A DNA stretch of 64,000 bases, from positions 1 through 64,000 of IMG/VR virus record IMGVR_UViG_3300022821_000013; one strand, given 5' to 3'. This DNA is from a virus. The notes beneath the pieces were generated by a model, which was given only the letters and a program-made list of their open reading frames with translations, was not told the DNA's origin and did not search any database. Of the stretch, positions 14,801 through 25,169 are shown in pieces. Every line of letters begins with the position of its first letter. Within the stretch, counting starts at the first letter, position 1. The position numbers and the translations under genes are program-made.

Positions 14801-15738
14801 TAACCCAATTCCTTAATTACATTATTAAATTTTTCTAAAAATACACTCTCTTTATAATACTTATTATACAACTCTTTCGTTGTTGTAGAACATTCATTAT
14901 AAAAATCATCATCATCTCTTAATCTAATCGCTAATTCTTTTGCTGATTGTATATCACATAATTCAACTGATGTTTCTGGGTGTAATATTCTCTGTGTATC
15001 TAAATAATCATACCCTATACATGGAATCCCTAAATATGAACAATTTAATGCAAACGTTCCAGCTGCAAATGTTCTCATCATATGAACTCCATATTTAACT
15101 TTATTGAGTTCATATATCCATTGATTGAATTCCATATAAGGAAGATATTTAACACTATCAAATCTATCTTCATCTGGTGTTTTTCTACCCATTGATGGTG
15201 CAGTTATGTTAGTTGATATATTATTAGCTACCAATAAAGAATCCATACCACTATACCAAGAACACATATTACCACCTATCATCACACCAGACCGTTCTAT
15301 AGGTCGTGTTAATAATATATTATCCTCTATCATCAATGATTGCAATGTAAATGCTGGTGTATCATACAATCCTTTGTAATACCTAACATCACTTTCATTA
15401 TGACATAATATACCATCAAATTGATTTATAACATTAATATATTCTATCTGGATTGCTAAATTATAATCTTGCCAATAATCATTAGCTCCTTCTTGCATAA
15501 ATAATATTTTCTTTGATATAGACCGTAGATATGAAATTACATCTCTACCAAGTATAGTTTCTATACCATTCTTAGGGAATATACATATAACTATATCATA
15601 TATAATATCTGTTTTATAAAAGAATGGAAAATTATCAGTCTTTATAGCTATAGACCAAGCAACATCAGTTCGTATATTATGTGATGTTCTATCTATTTTC
15701 CCAATATAAGATTTTTCGCTTATTATAGCAATATTCAT
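14800..15738 (-). CDS. putative GT-B fold glycosyltransferase
   Basis: MNIAII start, C-terminal AGTFALNCSYLGIPCIG; cluster context. Confidence 0.6.
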   Translation of the reverse strand: MNIAIISEKSYIGKIDRTSHNIRTDVAWSIAIKTDNFPFFYKTDIIYDIVICIFPKNGIETILGRDVISYLRSISKKILFMQEGANDYWQDYNLAIQIEYINVINQFDGILCHNESDVRYYKGLYDTPAFTLQSLMIEDNILLTRPIERSGVMIGGNMCSWYSGMDSLLVANNISTNITAPSMGRKTPDEDRFDSVKYLPYMEFNQWIYELNKVKYGVHMMRTFAAGTFALNCSYLGIPCIGYDYLDTQRILHPETSVELCDIQSAKELAIRLRDDDDFYNECSTTTKELYNKYYKESVFLEKFNNVIKELG

Positions 15739-15740
15739 AA

Positions 15741-16712
15741 TTATACCTTGTTATCCCAATAATCAACCATTTCATTAACCATAGATTCAAATGTATATGT
15801 TGTATTCCAATTTAATGTTTTCTTTGCTTTACTGCAATCACCACATAAATAATTTAATTCTTCTGGTCTAATATATTTTTCATTCTGAACCACATAATCT
15901 CTATAATCCAATCCAACACGGTTAAATGCTAATTCACATAGATCTCTTACTGAGTGTGCTATTCCAGTTGAAACTACAAAATCATCTGGCACATCATGAT
16001 CTAATATTAATTTCATAGCTCTAACATAATCATAAGAATGACCCCAGTCACGTTTAGAATCTAAGTTGCCTAATTCGAGTTTATCCTGTAGTCCTTTTTT
16101 TATAGATACTGCTGACTTTATTATCTTGTTAGTTACAAAGTTTGAACCTCTACGTGGTGATTCATGATTAAATAAAATTCCATTTGACGCAAATAACTTA
16201 TATGAATTTCTATAATTTCTAACTATTGAGTATGCATATAACTTAGCACATCCATAAGGACTAACTGGTTGCATATGTGTAGTTTCTCTTTGCATCATAT
16301 CATCATCTACTGCATTACCAAACATCTCAGAACTACTAGCTTGGTAGAATTTAGCATTAGGTGCATTAGTTCTATATGCTTCCAATATATTTAATACTCC
16401 AAGTGCATTTGTTTGAGCTGTGTATTCAGGAACATCAAAACTTATTCTTACATGTGATTGTGCAGCCAAATTAAAAATATAATCTGGTTGTATAGTTTTT
16501 ATTAATCGATTCAATCCATTAACATCACTTAAATCACCATAAGAAACCTCTATATCACCATCTAAATGATCTATTCTATTAATTTGATGTTCTGGTGTTG
16601 AATTTCGTCTTGTTATACCATAAACATCAACCCCATTATCTAATAAATGCTCTGACAGATATGACCCATCCTGTCCTGATATACCTGTTATAAACGCTTT
16701 TTTCTTAATCAT
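15741..16712 (-). CDS. gmd: GDP-mannose 4,6-dehydratase
   Basis: ITGISGQDGSYL, NLAAQSHV, QASSSEMFG, SPYGCAK, GILFNHESPRRG, LGNLDSKRDWGH. Confidence 0.97.
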   Translation of the reverse strand: MIKKKAFITGISGQDGSYLSEHLLDNGVDVYGITRRNSTPEHQINRIDHLDGDIEVSYGDLSDVNGLNRLIKTIQPDYIFNLAAQSHVRISFDVPEYTAQTNALGVLNILEAYRTNAPNAKFYQASSSEMFGNAVDDDMMQRETTHMQPVSPYGCAKLYAYSIVRNYRNSYKLFASNGILFNHESPRRGSNFVTNKIIKSAVSIKKGLQDKLELGNLDSKRDWGHSYDYVRAMKLILDHDVPDDFVVSTGIAHSVRDLCELAFNRVGLDYRDYVVQNEKYIRPEELNYLCGDCSKAKKTLNWNTTYTFESMVNEMVDYWDNKV

Positions 16713-17295
16713 TAAAAATCTCCATTGTTGTTAAATCCACCCAATCAGTATACACCCATTTACGTGGTTCAGTATTTTTAGCATCATTTAATTTTTCTAA
16801 TCCCAATTTAGCTGTTTCTGGTGTCATATAATAGTGATAACCAAACACATCAATATTCTGTTCTCTCCATGGTACATTTGGTAATCTACCATCATAAGAC
16901 ATTTTCTTTAATGTATTGTAAGATTCGAAGTCATTAGTTAATATAATTCCACCTCTACCAAGACTAAGGTGTTTTTGATATTGGAAACTTATACACATAT
17001 AAGTTCCATCTATATATGAATTTGGTTTCCATAATACAGCAGAATCTATTATGTTATTATCACCCATATAATAATAATCTTCCCATGATTCATCTCTCCA
17101 TTCAAATGGAATACCTAATTTGTTCCCTAGCATTGGAACTGATAGATATGTTCGTTTTGGAACACTAAATATTGATATATTTTTATATCTCATACATAAC
17201 TCAATACCATGAGTACACGAATCAGTTGCTATTGCATACTTAGATCCAAAGAATTTAGCAATTTCATTTTCAAACTCACTAACTATTTCAAACAT
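16705..17295 (-). CDS. DegT/DnrJ/EryC1/StrS family aminotransferase, compact form
   Basis: FENEIAKFFG, DSCTHGIEL, IIDSA, SFQYQKHLSLGRGG (PLP lysine); only 196 aa. Confidence 0.8.
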   Translation of the reverse strand: MFEIVSEFENEIAKFFGSKYAIATDSCTHGIELCMRYKNISIFSVPKRTYLSVPMLGNKLGIPFEWRDESWEDYYYMGDNNIIDSAVLWKPNSYIDGTYMCISFQYQKHLSLGRGGIILTNDFESYNTLKKMSYDGRLPNVPWREQNIDVFGYHYYMTPETAKLGLEKLNDAKNTEPRKWVYTDWVDLTTMEIFND

Positions 17296-17306
17296 ATAAC
17301 CCCAAC

Positions 17307-17849
17307 TTATATTTTATTACATTCAATATTTAAACTTATCAATGTTCCATTCGATTTATCCATCTTAGGTATGTATGCCTGTGAATGATCATCATAAACC
17401 CCATGATCAGTATCACGCCAATCCCAATAATCAATATTAGTAAATCCATTATTAGATAATAATTCCTGTAGTGAATCATAATCATAAGTTGTTTTGTGGT
17501 ATATAATATCATCACCCATATCCATTCTGCCATATAAAGGGCCTGTAAATGAATCAAGTTTATAATCACCAGTCATATATAACCTACATATAGAGTTAAA
17601 GTCTGGAACTGCAATTCTCAATATACCATTGGGTTTCAATACACGTTTCCACTCAGATAGAATGTTAATAATTGATGTCCTATCAAAATATTCTATAACG
17701 TGTGATGCATATATCAAATCAACACTATTATCTATGAATTCTAGTTTAGTTATATCATTATAATCCAAATGTGAATAATCACCACCATCAATATGAATCC
17801 AATCATCACCAAAATCTCTCCACCCACAACCCATATTTATATTAATCAT
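17307..17849 (-). CDS. SAM-dependent methyltransferase (type 11)
   Basis: INMGCG, IYASHVIEY, RVLKPNGILRIAVPD. Confidence 0.85.
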   Translation of the reverse strand: MININMGCGWRDFGDDWIHIDGGDYSHLDYNDITKLEFIDNSVDLIYASHVIEYFDRTSIINILSEWKRVLKPNGILRIAVPDFNSICRLYMTGDYKLDSFTGPLYGRMDMGDDIIYHKTTYDYDSLQELLSNNGFTNIDYWDWRDTDHGVYDDHSQAYIPKMDKSNGTLISLNIECNKI

Positions 17850-18279
17850 TTATATTATCCTGTATAAATACTTTATCATTATCAACACCAGTATATGGAC
17901 CAGTTTTATATTCTCTAATTAGAGTATCATCCGTCAGTATCTCATATGTATGTCCACCTTGAAATGTAAATGTTGCATCACCCTCACCAATAACATAGGT
18001 ATCTATTAATGAACCATCTGTATCATAAAAGTACGATTTAACTTTACCTCTAACTACACACCAAGATTCTTGTGCTATTACACTCGGTTCCCCATCCTTC
18101 CATATATGTTGATGTGGTCTATATTTTACATCTTTATCTGGCTTTAAGAATGCACATTGTATAAATTCAGATTCTGGACAAATATCAATCCTGTTATAAT
18201 CTGAATTTATATGCATTTCTAAATAATCAACTATATGTAATAATATAGTATCGTCTATACGTGAGTATATTTTAATCAT
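17842..18279 (-). CDS. WbuC-like cupin protein
   Basis: RPHQH, QESWCVVRG, GGHTYE, EYKTGPY. Confidence 0.75.
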   Translation of the reverse strand: MIKIYSRIDDTILLHIVDYLEMHINSDYNRIDICPESEFIQCAFLKPDKDVKYRPHQHIWKDGEPSVIAQESWCVVRGKVKSYFYDTDGSLIDTYVIGEGDATFTFQGGHTYEILTDDTLIREYKTGPYTGVDNDKVFIQDNIND

Positions 18280-18853
18280 AGTTATAATTCCCCTCTAATA
18301 ACAATTTAACATATTCAAACTCAGTTTCATCATGAATATCTATCCAATCAACAACATACAATGTATTATAATTTGATTTTCCAATATGATAACATACTTT
18401 TTTTCGAATTACATGTATATGGCTATTATTAATATAATCGTTATCCATAGTTGATAATTCCCAAATAGCATCATTATATAATAGACGTTCTATACATTCA
18501 TCTATTGTATCGGAAGTCATCTGTGGTGAATTTGCTTGTAATATAACAATAATATCCTCATCATCCAAATCAACACCAATATGTTCTATTGCATGTGTTA
18601 TTGGAACTTGCATCCAAACATCATCATTAGATAATTCTATAGGTCGCCTAACAATCTTACATTTATCACCAACTACAGTCATAATATCATCCGATTCCGT
18701 AGATACATATAAATTATTATGTGATATATATTTACTATTTAATGCAGCATCTATAGTCCAATTGATTAGTGGCTTACCCATTATAGGTAATATGTTTTTA
18801 TTTTTTAATCTCTTAGAACCACCACGTGCAGGTATAATACCAATTATATTCAT
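18272..18853 (-). CDS. neuA: acylneuraminate cytidylyltransferase (CMP-nonulosonate synthetase)
   Basis: IIPARGGSKRLKNKNI, GKPLI, VSTES, RPIEL, LQANSP, IDIHD. Confidence 0.88.
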   Translation of the reverse strand: MNIIGIIPARGGSKRLKNKNILPIMGKPLINWTIDAALNSKYISHNNLYVSTESDDIMTVVGDKCKIVRRPIELSNDDVWMQVPITHAIEHIGVDLDDEDIIVILQANSPQMTSDTIDECIERLLYNDAIWELSTMDNDYINNSHIHVIRKKVCYHIGKSNYNTLYVVDWIDIHDETEFEYVKLLLEGNYNYD

Positions 18854-19599
18854 ATTATATCCTCTATATTTATTTTTGTTGCACCAATATCAATCAATAC
18901 ATTATCATGGATAGAATAAACCTCAATATCATTACGTTTCAATGTATCTATATAATACTTAAATTTATTAATAATATCAGTTGAATTTCTAAATTTATTA
19001 ATGTTTATATTAGCATCAAAATTCAATCTAAAGAAATCATCTATATCTTCATTTATAAATGAATTTATACCATAATAATTATCCATAAGATATTTGGAAT
19101 TCTCCTTTAGTATATCCAATAATACATCATTATTGTTATAAAAGTGTCCTTGTGCTGAGAAATCAAAGCCTACATAAACTATTCGTTTGGCTCCAAGTAT
19201 ATATGCCATATGAGTTGCTGAAAATGCTATCTGTTCTGCACCAACCAACTTAAAATTACTATCTGTTATCTTTGGTAGCCATCCATAATCACCAACTACA
19301 TTTATATTAGTTAATGTAGTTACATCACTATACTCATCACTATCAAAAAAGTTATGTGGTTCTCCCTGAAAAAAACACATATCACCATTTCCAAATTTAT
19401 GTTGCATTGCTGTGTGGTGGAAATGACCAGACATGTAGTAATTCGATTTGATTTTGATGTATGATTGATTTGTTCCTATAGAACAACATGCATTTATTAA
19501 ACTCATATCATATTCACTTAGGTTATTTATACTATAACCACACCCAACGATAACTATAGTTTTACCCCTGTACATATCTTCATATGAACTTAATATCAT
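18850..19599 (-). CDS. Maf/DUF115-like putative nonulosonate transferase
   Basis: GKTIVIVGCGYS, IGTN, AYILGAKRIVYVGFD...HFY. Confidence 0.65.
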   Translation of the reverse strand: MILSSYEDMYRGKTIVIVGCGYSINNLSEYDMSLINACCSIGTNQSYIKIKSNYYMSGHFHHTAMQHKFGNGDMCFFQGEPHNFFDSDEYSDVTTLTNINVVGDYGWLPKITDSNFKLVGAEQIAFSATHMAYILGAKRIVYVGFDFSAQGHFYNNNDVLLDILKENSKYLMDNYYGINSFINEDIDDFFRLNFDANININKFRNSTDIINKFKYYIDTLKRNDIEVYSIHDNVLIDIGATKINIEDII

Positions 19600-21098
19600 T
19601 TAAGCCTCCATAATTCCCATACAAATGGATATGAAAATACAACATCGTGAGTTTTAGATAATTCTGATATTATCTTATGTCGTTTATATACAGGATTATC
19701 ACCGTAATAATGGAATTGTATCAATACATTACCAAACATTGACAATTTATCATTTGATATTAAACTATTCAAAATATCATATTCACCACCTTCAATATTT
19801 AATTTTATTAAGTCTATATGGTTAAGGTGTAAATCATCAATAACATCTATAATATTCATTTGAGATACAGTTTCTAATTCACCTGTTCCCAAAAACACAG
19901 ATGATTTGTTATCTGACACCACCATATCTATATTTTTAGTTGTAGATCCTAATGCAAAATTAAAGAATTTGATATTTTCATTGGATTTAGCATTTGACTT
20001 TGAATATAAATCGCTAACTGGCTCGAAACCATAAGTTTTACAATTATATATCTTATTCATTTCATATGAATATTCCCCATCATAAGAACCAACATCAAAA
20101 ATTATAGATTTATCAGTTATATTATCTATATCATATAACATATTATCACCACCAGACTCGAAAAATAATTTTAACCATTCTGATTGCAGATTGCCATCAA
20201 CATAAGTCCTGATGTCGTTGGTGTTAATATCAATATTGATATTATTATCAATCATCCCTCGCTTTAAAAATACATTCTCAAATATCCAATCTTCCTGTGT
20301 ATCATACAATTTAACGCTTTCTAAATTATCAATTGCATGTGGTAACATATCATTATACAAATCATCACTTAACATTGATAATATATCATCTAATTCATCA
20401 ATAATATTAAATGTTAATATACCATCAACATTAAAGAACTTATCTATTTTATTTGCACCCCAATATATAGGAATAGTCCCAACAGCCATACAATCCAGTA
20501 ATTTCTCTGTGAAATAATAATCACTTTTCGTATTTTCAATGACTATAGAAAATTTATAAGGTGCTAAAATCTCTTCTTTATATTCAAAATCCACACCACA
20601 CCCAGATCCGTAACAATCAACCATGTCAGTTATGTGATTAGCTATTTGATGTCTTAATTTATGACCAGTTGTCATTGTTTTATGTGAGTATATCATAGAA
20701 ACTAATTTACTCTTATCATATATACCATAATTATCATCTAATACCCAACACCCACCAAACGGATAAAATTCAGTATTATCTGGGTATTGATTTAGTAATT
20801 CATCATCATATGTAATTATAAAATCAAATTTATCTATAATCGATTCTATATTATCAAATACCCTATTACCATTAGTCTCTCTGTTCTCTATAATCCAAGC
20901 AACCTTATATTTACTATCAACTTTATCAACTACATCAGATAGTATATATGAATCTGTAAATATAGTAATTGAATCCCATTCATAATTACCCCTATTATAC
21001 TTTATAAACTTGGGAGTTCTATTATCAGTAATTGAGTATATACCACTATCAATTGCAAGATGTTTAAATGCATTATCAAATAAATTTATACCTATCAT
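19596..21098 (-). CDS. GT10 fucosyltransferase-like domain fused to FkbM methyltransferase
   Basis: YKFSIVIEN...YFTEKLLDC...GTIPIYWG (GT10 motif), then FDVGSYDG, FEPV, IKLNIEGGE (FkbM). Confidence 0.85.
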   Translation of the reverse strand: MIGINLFDNAFKHLAIDSGIYSITDNRTPKFIKYNRGNYEWDSITIFTDSYILSDVVDKVDSKYKVAWIIENRETNGNRVFDNIESIIDKFDFIITYDDELLNQYPDNTEFYPFGGCWVLDDNYGIYDKSKLVSMIYSHKTMTTGHKLRHQIANHITDMVDCYGSGCGVDFEYKEEILAPYKFSIVIENTKSDYYFTEKLLDCMAVGTIPIYWGANKIDKFFNVDGILTFNIIDELDDILSMLSDDLYNDMLPHAIDNLESVKLYDTQEDWIFENVFLKRGMIDNNINIDINTNDIRTYVDGNLQSEWLKLFFESGGDNMLYDIDNITDKSIIFDVGSYDGEYSYEMNKIYNCKTYGFEPVSDLYSKSNAKSNENIKFFNFALGSTTKNIDMVVSDNKSSVFLGTGELETVSQMNIIDVIDDLHLNHIDLIKLNIEGGEYDILNSLISNDKLSMFGNVLIQFHYYGDNPVYKRHKIISELSKTHDVVFSYPFVWELWRLK

Positions 21099-21955
21099 AG
21101 TAAATCCGATCTTAATTTTTTGATAGCTATTTGTTCAGAATCCAATACTCTTTTTTCTGATGTTCCAAGTGATGTTTTTACTTGATTTATATATTTTAAA
21201 ATATTCTCAACTCCTTTGTATTCTAATGATGCTGCGTGATCAGTTCCTTTCATTGTTCTACTTAAAGTATAATGCCTTTCTATTATTCTTGATCCTAACA
21301 TATAAGCAGCTATATCTGGTGCTATTCCACTGTGATGACCACTAAAACCAACTCCATCTATTCTTTCCTTATACCTATCACGTAACATAGGAATCACATT
21401 TAAATTTAATTCGTCATCTGGACATGGATATGTACTTGTACATTGCAATACATATTTTTCGTTATGTTTTAATATATTAACTACCATATCAATATCTTCT
21501 ATAGATGACATACCAGATGATATTATAACTGGTAATCCTGTATTTGACGTAGCATCAATTAAATCTATATCGGTTATTCTCTGTGATGCAATTTTTAATC
21601 CAGATATTCCAATATCACATAAAAAATCTAAGCTATTAATATCTGTGTAGCTACTGATAAAATCAAAACCAGCATTCTCTACATAATCTTTTAATTCTAT
21701 AAATTCATCTTTTGATAATTCCAATGCATTTCTATGTTCATAATAAGTCATACCAAATGAATTTGCATTATCATAAATCATATTTTTTTGTTTTTCCGAT
21801 AAACACACATCTATATCTCGCTTTGCAGTTTTAATACATGATATAGGTAATCCTTTAAGTGAATCTACCATTTGCTTTGCAATGTTAATATCACCTTGGT
21901 GATTCTGACCTATCTCAGCAATAAAATATACTGGGTTGTTATTATTTACTTTCAT
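21095..21955 (-). CDS. neuB: N-acetylneuraminate/nonulosonate synthase family protein (no C-terminal SAF domain)
   Basis: IAEIGQNHQGD, KIAS, IISSGMS, LQCTSTYP, GFSGH, IERHYTL, GTDH. Confidence 0.92.
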   Translation of the reverse strand: MKVNNNNPVYFIAEIGQNHQGDINIAKQMVDSLKGLPISCIKTAKRDIDVCLSEKQKNMIYDNANSFGMTYYEHRNALELSKDEFIELKDYVENAGFDFISSYTDINSLDFLCDIGISGLKIASQRITDIDLIDATSNTGLPVIISSGMSSIEDIDMVVNILKHNEKYVLQCTSTYPCPDDELNLNVIPMLRDRYKERIDGVGFSGHHSGIAPDIAAYMLGSRIIERHYTLSRTMKGTDHAASLEYKGVENILKYINQVKTSLGTSEKRVLDSEQIAIKKLRSDLL

Positions 21956-22254
21956 ACTTCCTCTATTATTTTAGTTTTATCATCTACCAATAAATCCCAA
22001 ACTGGTTTGTATTCATTAGATAACCTATTATACTTACAACCCCATTCATTTAACTGGTATATAGTTAACTCTGTCCAATCTATACCTGTACCACTACCCC
22101 TTGCAGTCCAATAAACTATCTCGTTACCACTATCAAATAAATTATTTATTTTATCAATATTAACTTTGTTTGGTATCGCAAATTCATAATTTCGAACTCC
22201 ATCATAAAAACAAATAGTCTCATCTATATCAACATATATTACCATGCAGTCCAA
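21952..22254 (-). CDS. small HAD-superfamily phosphatase
   Basis: VDIDETI, WTARG, KP...VDDK. Confidence 0.8.
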   Translation of the reverse strand: MDCMVIYVDIDETICFYDGVRNYEFAIPNKVNIDKINNLFDSGNEIVYWTARGSGTGIDWTELTIYQLNEWGCKYNRLSNEYKPVWDLLVDDKTKIIEEV

Positions 22255-22994
22255 CCCCCATCAACAACTAGATTGTGACCTGTTACGTATGATGATGCAT
22301 TAGAAAGTAAATATAATAGTGCACCAGCAACTTCATAGTTATAACTTAATCTCCCCATAGGAGATAAATGTGAAAAGTTATCCTCGAATGTGGTTTCATG
22401 GTTATTCCAGACTCCGTGTGGTGTTATCATATTAACTCTTATATTATCTTTAGCCCAGTATGTTGATAGATAATTTGATAATGCCATTATACCACCCTTA
22501 GATGCCGAATATGATGCTGGTGTCTTTAGTGGCTGTGATAAACCATCATATATACTATGGTTTGGAGCTACTACAGAATATGTGGATGCTATATTAATTA
22601 TACTACCACCAGTTTCTTTCATATGAGTTCCAATTATTTTACACATTAAAAATGTACCTTTTAAATTGCAATCCATTACATCATCCCACACATCAGAATC
22701 GTAGTTTTCAAATATATCAAAGAACCCCTGTGGTTTAGACCAATGACAATTAACCAAACCATCAATATGACCATATTTATCAATTACATCATTTGTAAAT
22801 TTCTCGATGTTATTTTTATCAGTAACATCGTTATCAGGAAGATCAAATCCAATTACATTAGCACCAAATTGTTCACATGCTTCTACAAATGCCTTACCTA
22901 TTAATCCATTATGACCAGTTATCACAATAACTTTATTTGTTAAGTCAAATAAAGACTTGAAATCTATCTTGGTTGGATCTGTTGTTCTAATCAT
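22239..22994 (-). CDS. SDR oxidoreductase (PtmA/FlmH-like)
   Basis: ITGHNGLIG, NIASTY, YSASKGG, NIRVN, VTGHNLVVDGG. Confidence 0.88.
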   Translation of the reverse strand: MIRTTDPTKIDFKSLFDLTNKVIVITGHNGLIGKAFVEACEQFGANVIGFDLPDNDVTDKNNIEKFTNDVIDKYGHIDGLVNCHWSKPQGFFDIFENYDSDVWDDVMDCNLKGTFLMCKIIGTHMKETGGSIINIASTYSVVAPNHSIYDGLSQPLKTPASYSASKGGIMALSNYLSTYWAKDNIRVNMITPHGVWNNHETTFEDNFSHLSPMGRLSYNYEVAGALLYLLSNASSYVTGHNLVVDGGWTAW

Positions 22995-23593
22995 AATACC
23001 CCATTATAAATTGGTGTGTTAGTTGAATGTATAGATATATCTCTTATATTAATATTAGTTGGTTGGTTTATTATCCATTCAACCACATCAGAAACGTAAT
23101 CTACATCCATAGTTGGAAAATATCGCTTATCATATAAAGATGGAAACTCAGTCATTACATATCCAAGTTTAATATTAGTAACTTTACATAAAACTTTATC
23201 TTTGTATCCATTCACACAATAATCAATATTAACATCTTTTATAAAATCATCTTGGTTTATCTTATTACGTGGATACTCTTTTAATCTATCTGGATTATCA
23301 TGTTTCATATCACTAGCACAACTACCTATATTGATAATGTGCTTATTATCATATTTCCATAAATCATACATATCAATTAACATCTTTGTTTGATATTCAG
23401 GAGCATATGCATTATTAATGAATACATCACAATCATTTATATATTGTATAACTCCATCATAATTACTTTCTATATTATGTCCATCCGAACTAGACCCACC
23501 AATAACATCATATACATTTAATAATCTATTGTAAATTGCGTGTCCTATACCACGTGATATACCAGAAACGTAAATTTTCATATTTTTACCCAT
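22991..23593 (-). CDS. short SDR-like oxidoreductase
   Basis: VSGISRGIG, FINNAY, IINIGS, YPRNK; start may be at MKIYV. Confidence 0.75.
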   Translation of the reverse strand: MGKNMKIYVSGISRGIGHAIYNRLLNVYDVIGGSSSDGHNIESNYDGVIQYINDCDVFINNAYAPEYQTKMLIDMYDLWKYDNKHIINIGSCASDMKHDNPDRLKEYPRNKINQDDFIKDVNIDYCVNGYKDKVLCKVTNIKLGYVMTEFPSLYDKRYFPTMDVDYVSDVVEWIINQPTNINIRDISIHSTNTPIYNGVL

Positions 23594-24378
23594 TCATTTG
23601 GAATTATATCTTTATAATCTAAGTTTATACTATCTCCAAACCATTTACTTGGAGCTACAACTGTTTTGTCTATATTACCATTCACCCAAGCACCCCACCA
23701 AGAAAATGATGAATTTGCTATTATATTATGTTTGCATAATGACATTAAATATAAGTCAATAATATCATCTTCCATATTAATAAAAACTACATTATCACCA
23801 TTAAAATTACCCATACACCATTCAATATCATCACTGAATATATAAAATGTATGTTCTGGGAATAATGCGAGTGACTTATCATAATAATCAGTTTCGGATA
23901 GTAATATATGTTTATGTTTCAATGCTACATAGTCACCACGTCTAACATGGACAGATACGGAATTTGTAGAGTTTATCAACGTATTGTATTTTTTGTATAT
24001 ATAATCATATATATGATGTGGGATACTATAATAATCTAATATGGCATCTCTATTATGCACAAAATACTTTTCTGATTGGAAATACCCATGCAACTCCATA
24101 TTTGGGATACATTCTATTTTATTATATCCAAATGTTGGTTCTGAGTATGTGCTAGTTACAAAACTCTTATCACCCGATATATCTACATTACTAAATATAT
24201 TATCGGTATAACCACCAAACATATCAGATTGCATATCTGGGAATATAGCTTTGTAATTATAGTCAATTGCTAAGCTAATTATATTAGCCACTTGAAATAA
24301 TTGATTTCCCAACCCAAAGTTATGTGTTCCACCAGGTGTACCTGGTCCAAGTAATCGACATGTAATTAAGTCATTCAT
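23578..24378 (-). CDS. GT11 alpha-1,2-fucosyltransferase family protein
   Basis: GLGNQLFQ, GYFQSEKYF, HVRRGDY, FSDDIEWC, IANSSFSWWGAW. Confidence 0.92.
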   Translation of the reverse strand: MNDLITCRLLGPGTPGGTHNFGLGNQLFQVANIISLAIDYNYKAIFPDMQSDMFGGYTDNIFSNVDISGDKSFVTSTYSEPTFGYNKIECIPNMELHGYFQSEKYFVHNRDAILDYYSIPHHIYDYIYKKYNTLINSTNSVSVHVRRGDYVALKHKHILLSETDYYDKSLALFPEHTFYIFSDDIEWCMGNFNGDNVVFINMEDDIIDLYLMSLCKHNIIANSSFSWWGAWVNGNIDKTVVAPSKWFGDSINLDYKDIIPNEWVKI

Positions 24379-25169
24379 AATCGGTTGTACACCCCTATAT
24401 TATTTCTAACTGATATTTCTACTTCTTTTTGTTTATCGATATACATTGATCCTTCATTTCCCAACCCAACTGTTCTATTTAAAACATATAATATTCTATC
24501 ACTTATGATTATCCTATCAATGCCAGTCATCTCTACCATTGGTAAACATAACACATGGTCAAATATACAATCAAAGTAATCATCAGTATCAATATTAAAT
24601 AAATCAAATTTTAAAACTTTATTTAATAGGTTGAGTTTGTATGTTTTTAAATGTGAGTATGGAAATTGATGTGTTCTATATAAATTATTATCATCTACAT
24701 ACTGGTTGACCCAATTATTCCACCCATGATAATGTCCACCAGTTTCATGGGTTGGGTGCACGATATATTGCCCACACGTCATAAGTGTGTTTTCATTTGA
24801 TATATAAACACCATTTAAATAATCAAGAACGTCATTAGTATGTAACCAATCATCCCCATCAACTTCAACGATAACACATTCATCATCAAAATCATTATCA
24901 TTTATCCAATCCCAAGCATATAAAAATGATTTGCATTGAGAACCGTTATTATTATTATTTAATAATACACATCTATCATTTAAGTTGGAATTAATAATAT
25001 CACATGTATTATCATTAGAATTATCATTTACAATTATATGTATATAATCTGTATATGTTTGTTCTTGTATACTATTCATATTTATAGCAATCCAATCACT
25101 AACATTATATGCAGTGGTTACTATTATAAACTTAATTTTATTTTCCAACACAAAAACACCATAGCCCAT
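24375..25169 (-). CDS. GT2 family glycosyltransferase
   Basis: TTAYN, VNDNSND, VDGDDWL, SHLKT. Confidence 0.82.
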   Translation of the reverse strand: MGYGVFVLENKIKFIIVTTAYNVSDWIAINMNSIQEQTYTDYIHIIVNDNSNDNTCDIINSNLNDRCVLLNNNNNGSQCKSFLYAWDWINDNDFDDECVIVEVDGDDWLHTNDVLDYLNGVYISNENTLMTCGQYIVHPTHETGGHYHGWNNWVNQYVDDNNLYRTHQFPYSHLKTYKLNLLNKVLKFDLFNIDTDDYFDCIFDHVLCLPMVEMTGIDRIIISDRILYVLNRTVGLGNEGSMYIDKQKEVEISVRNNIGVYNRL

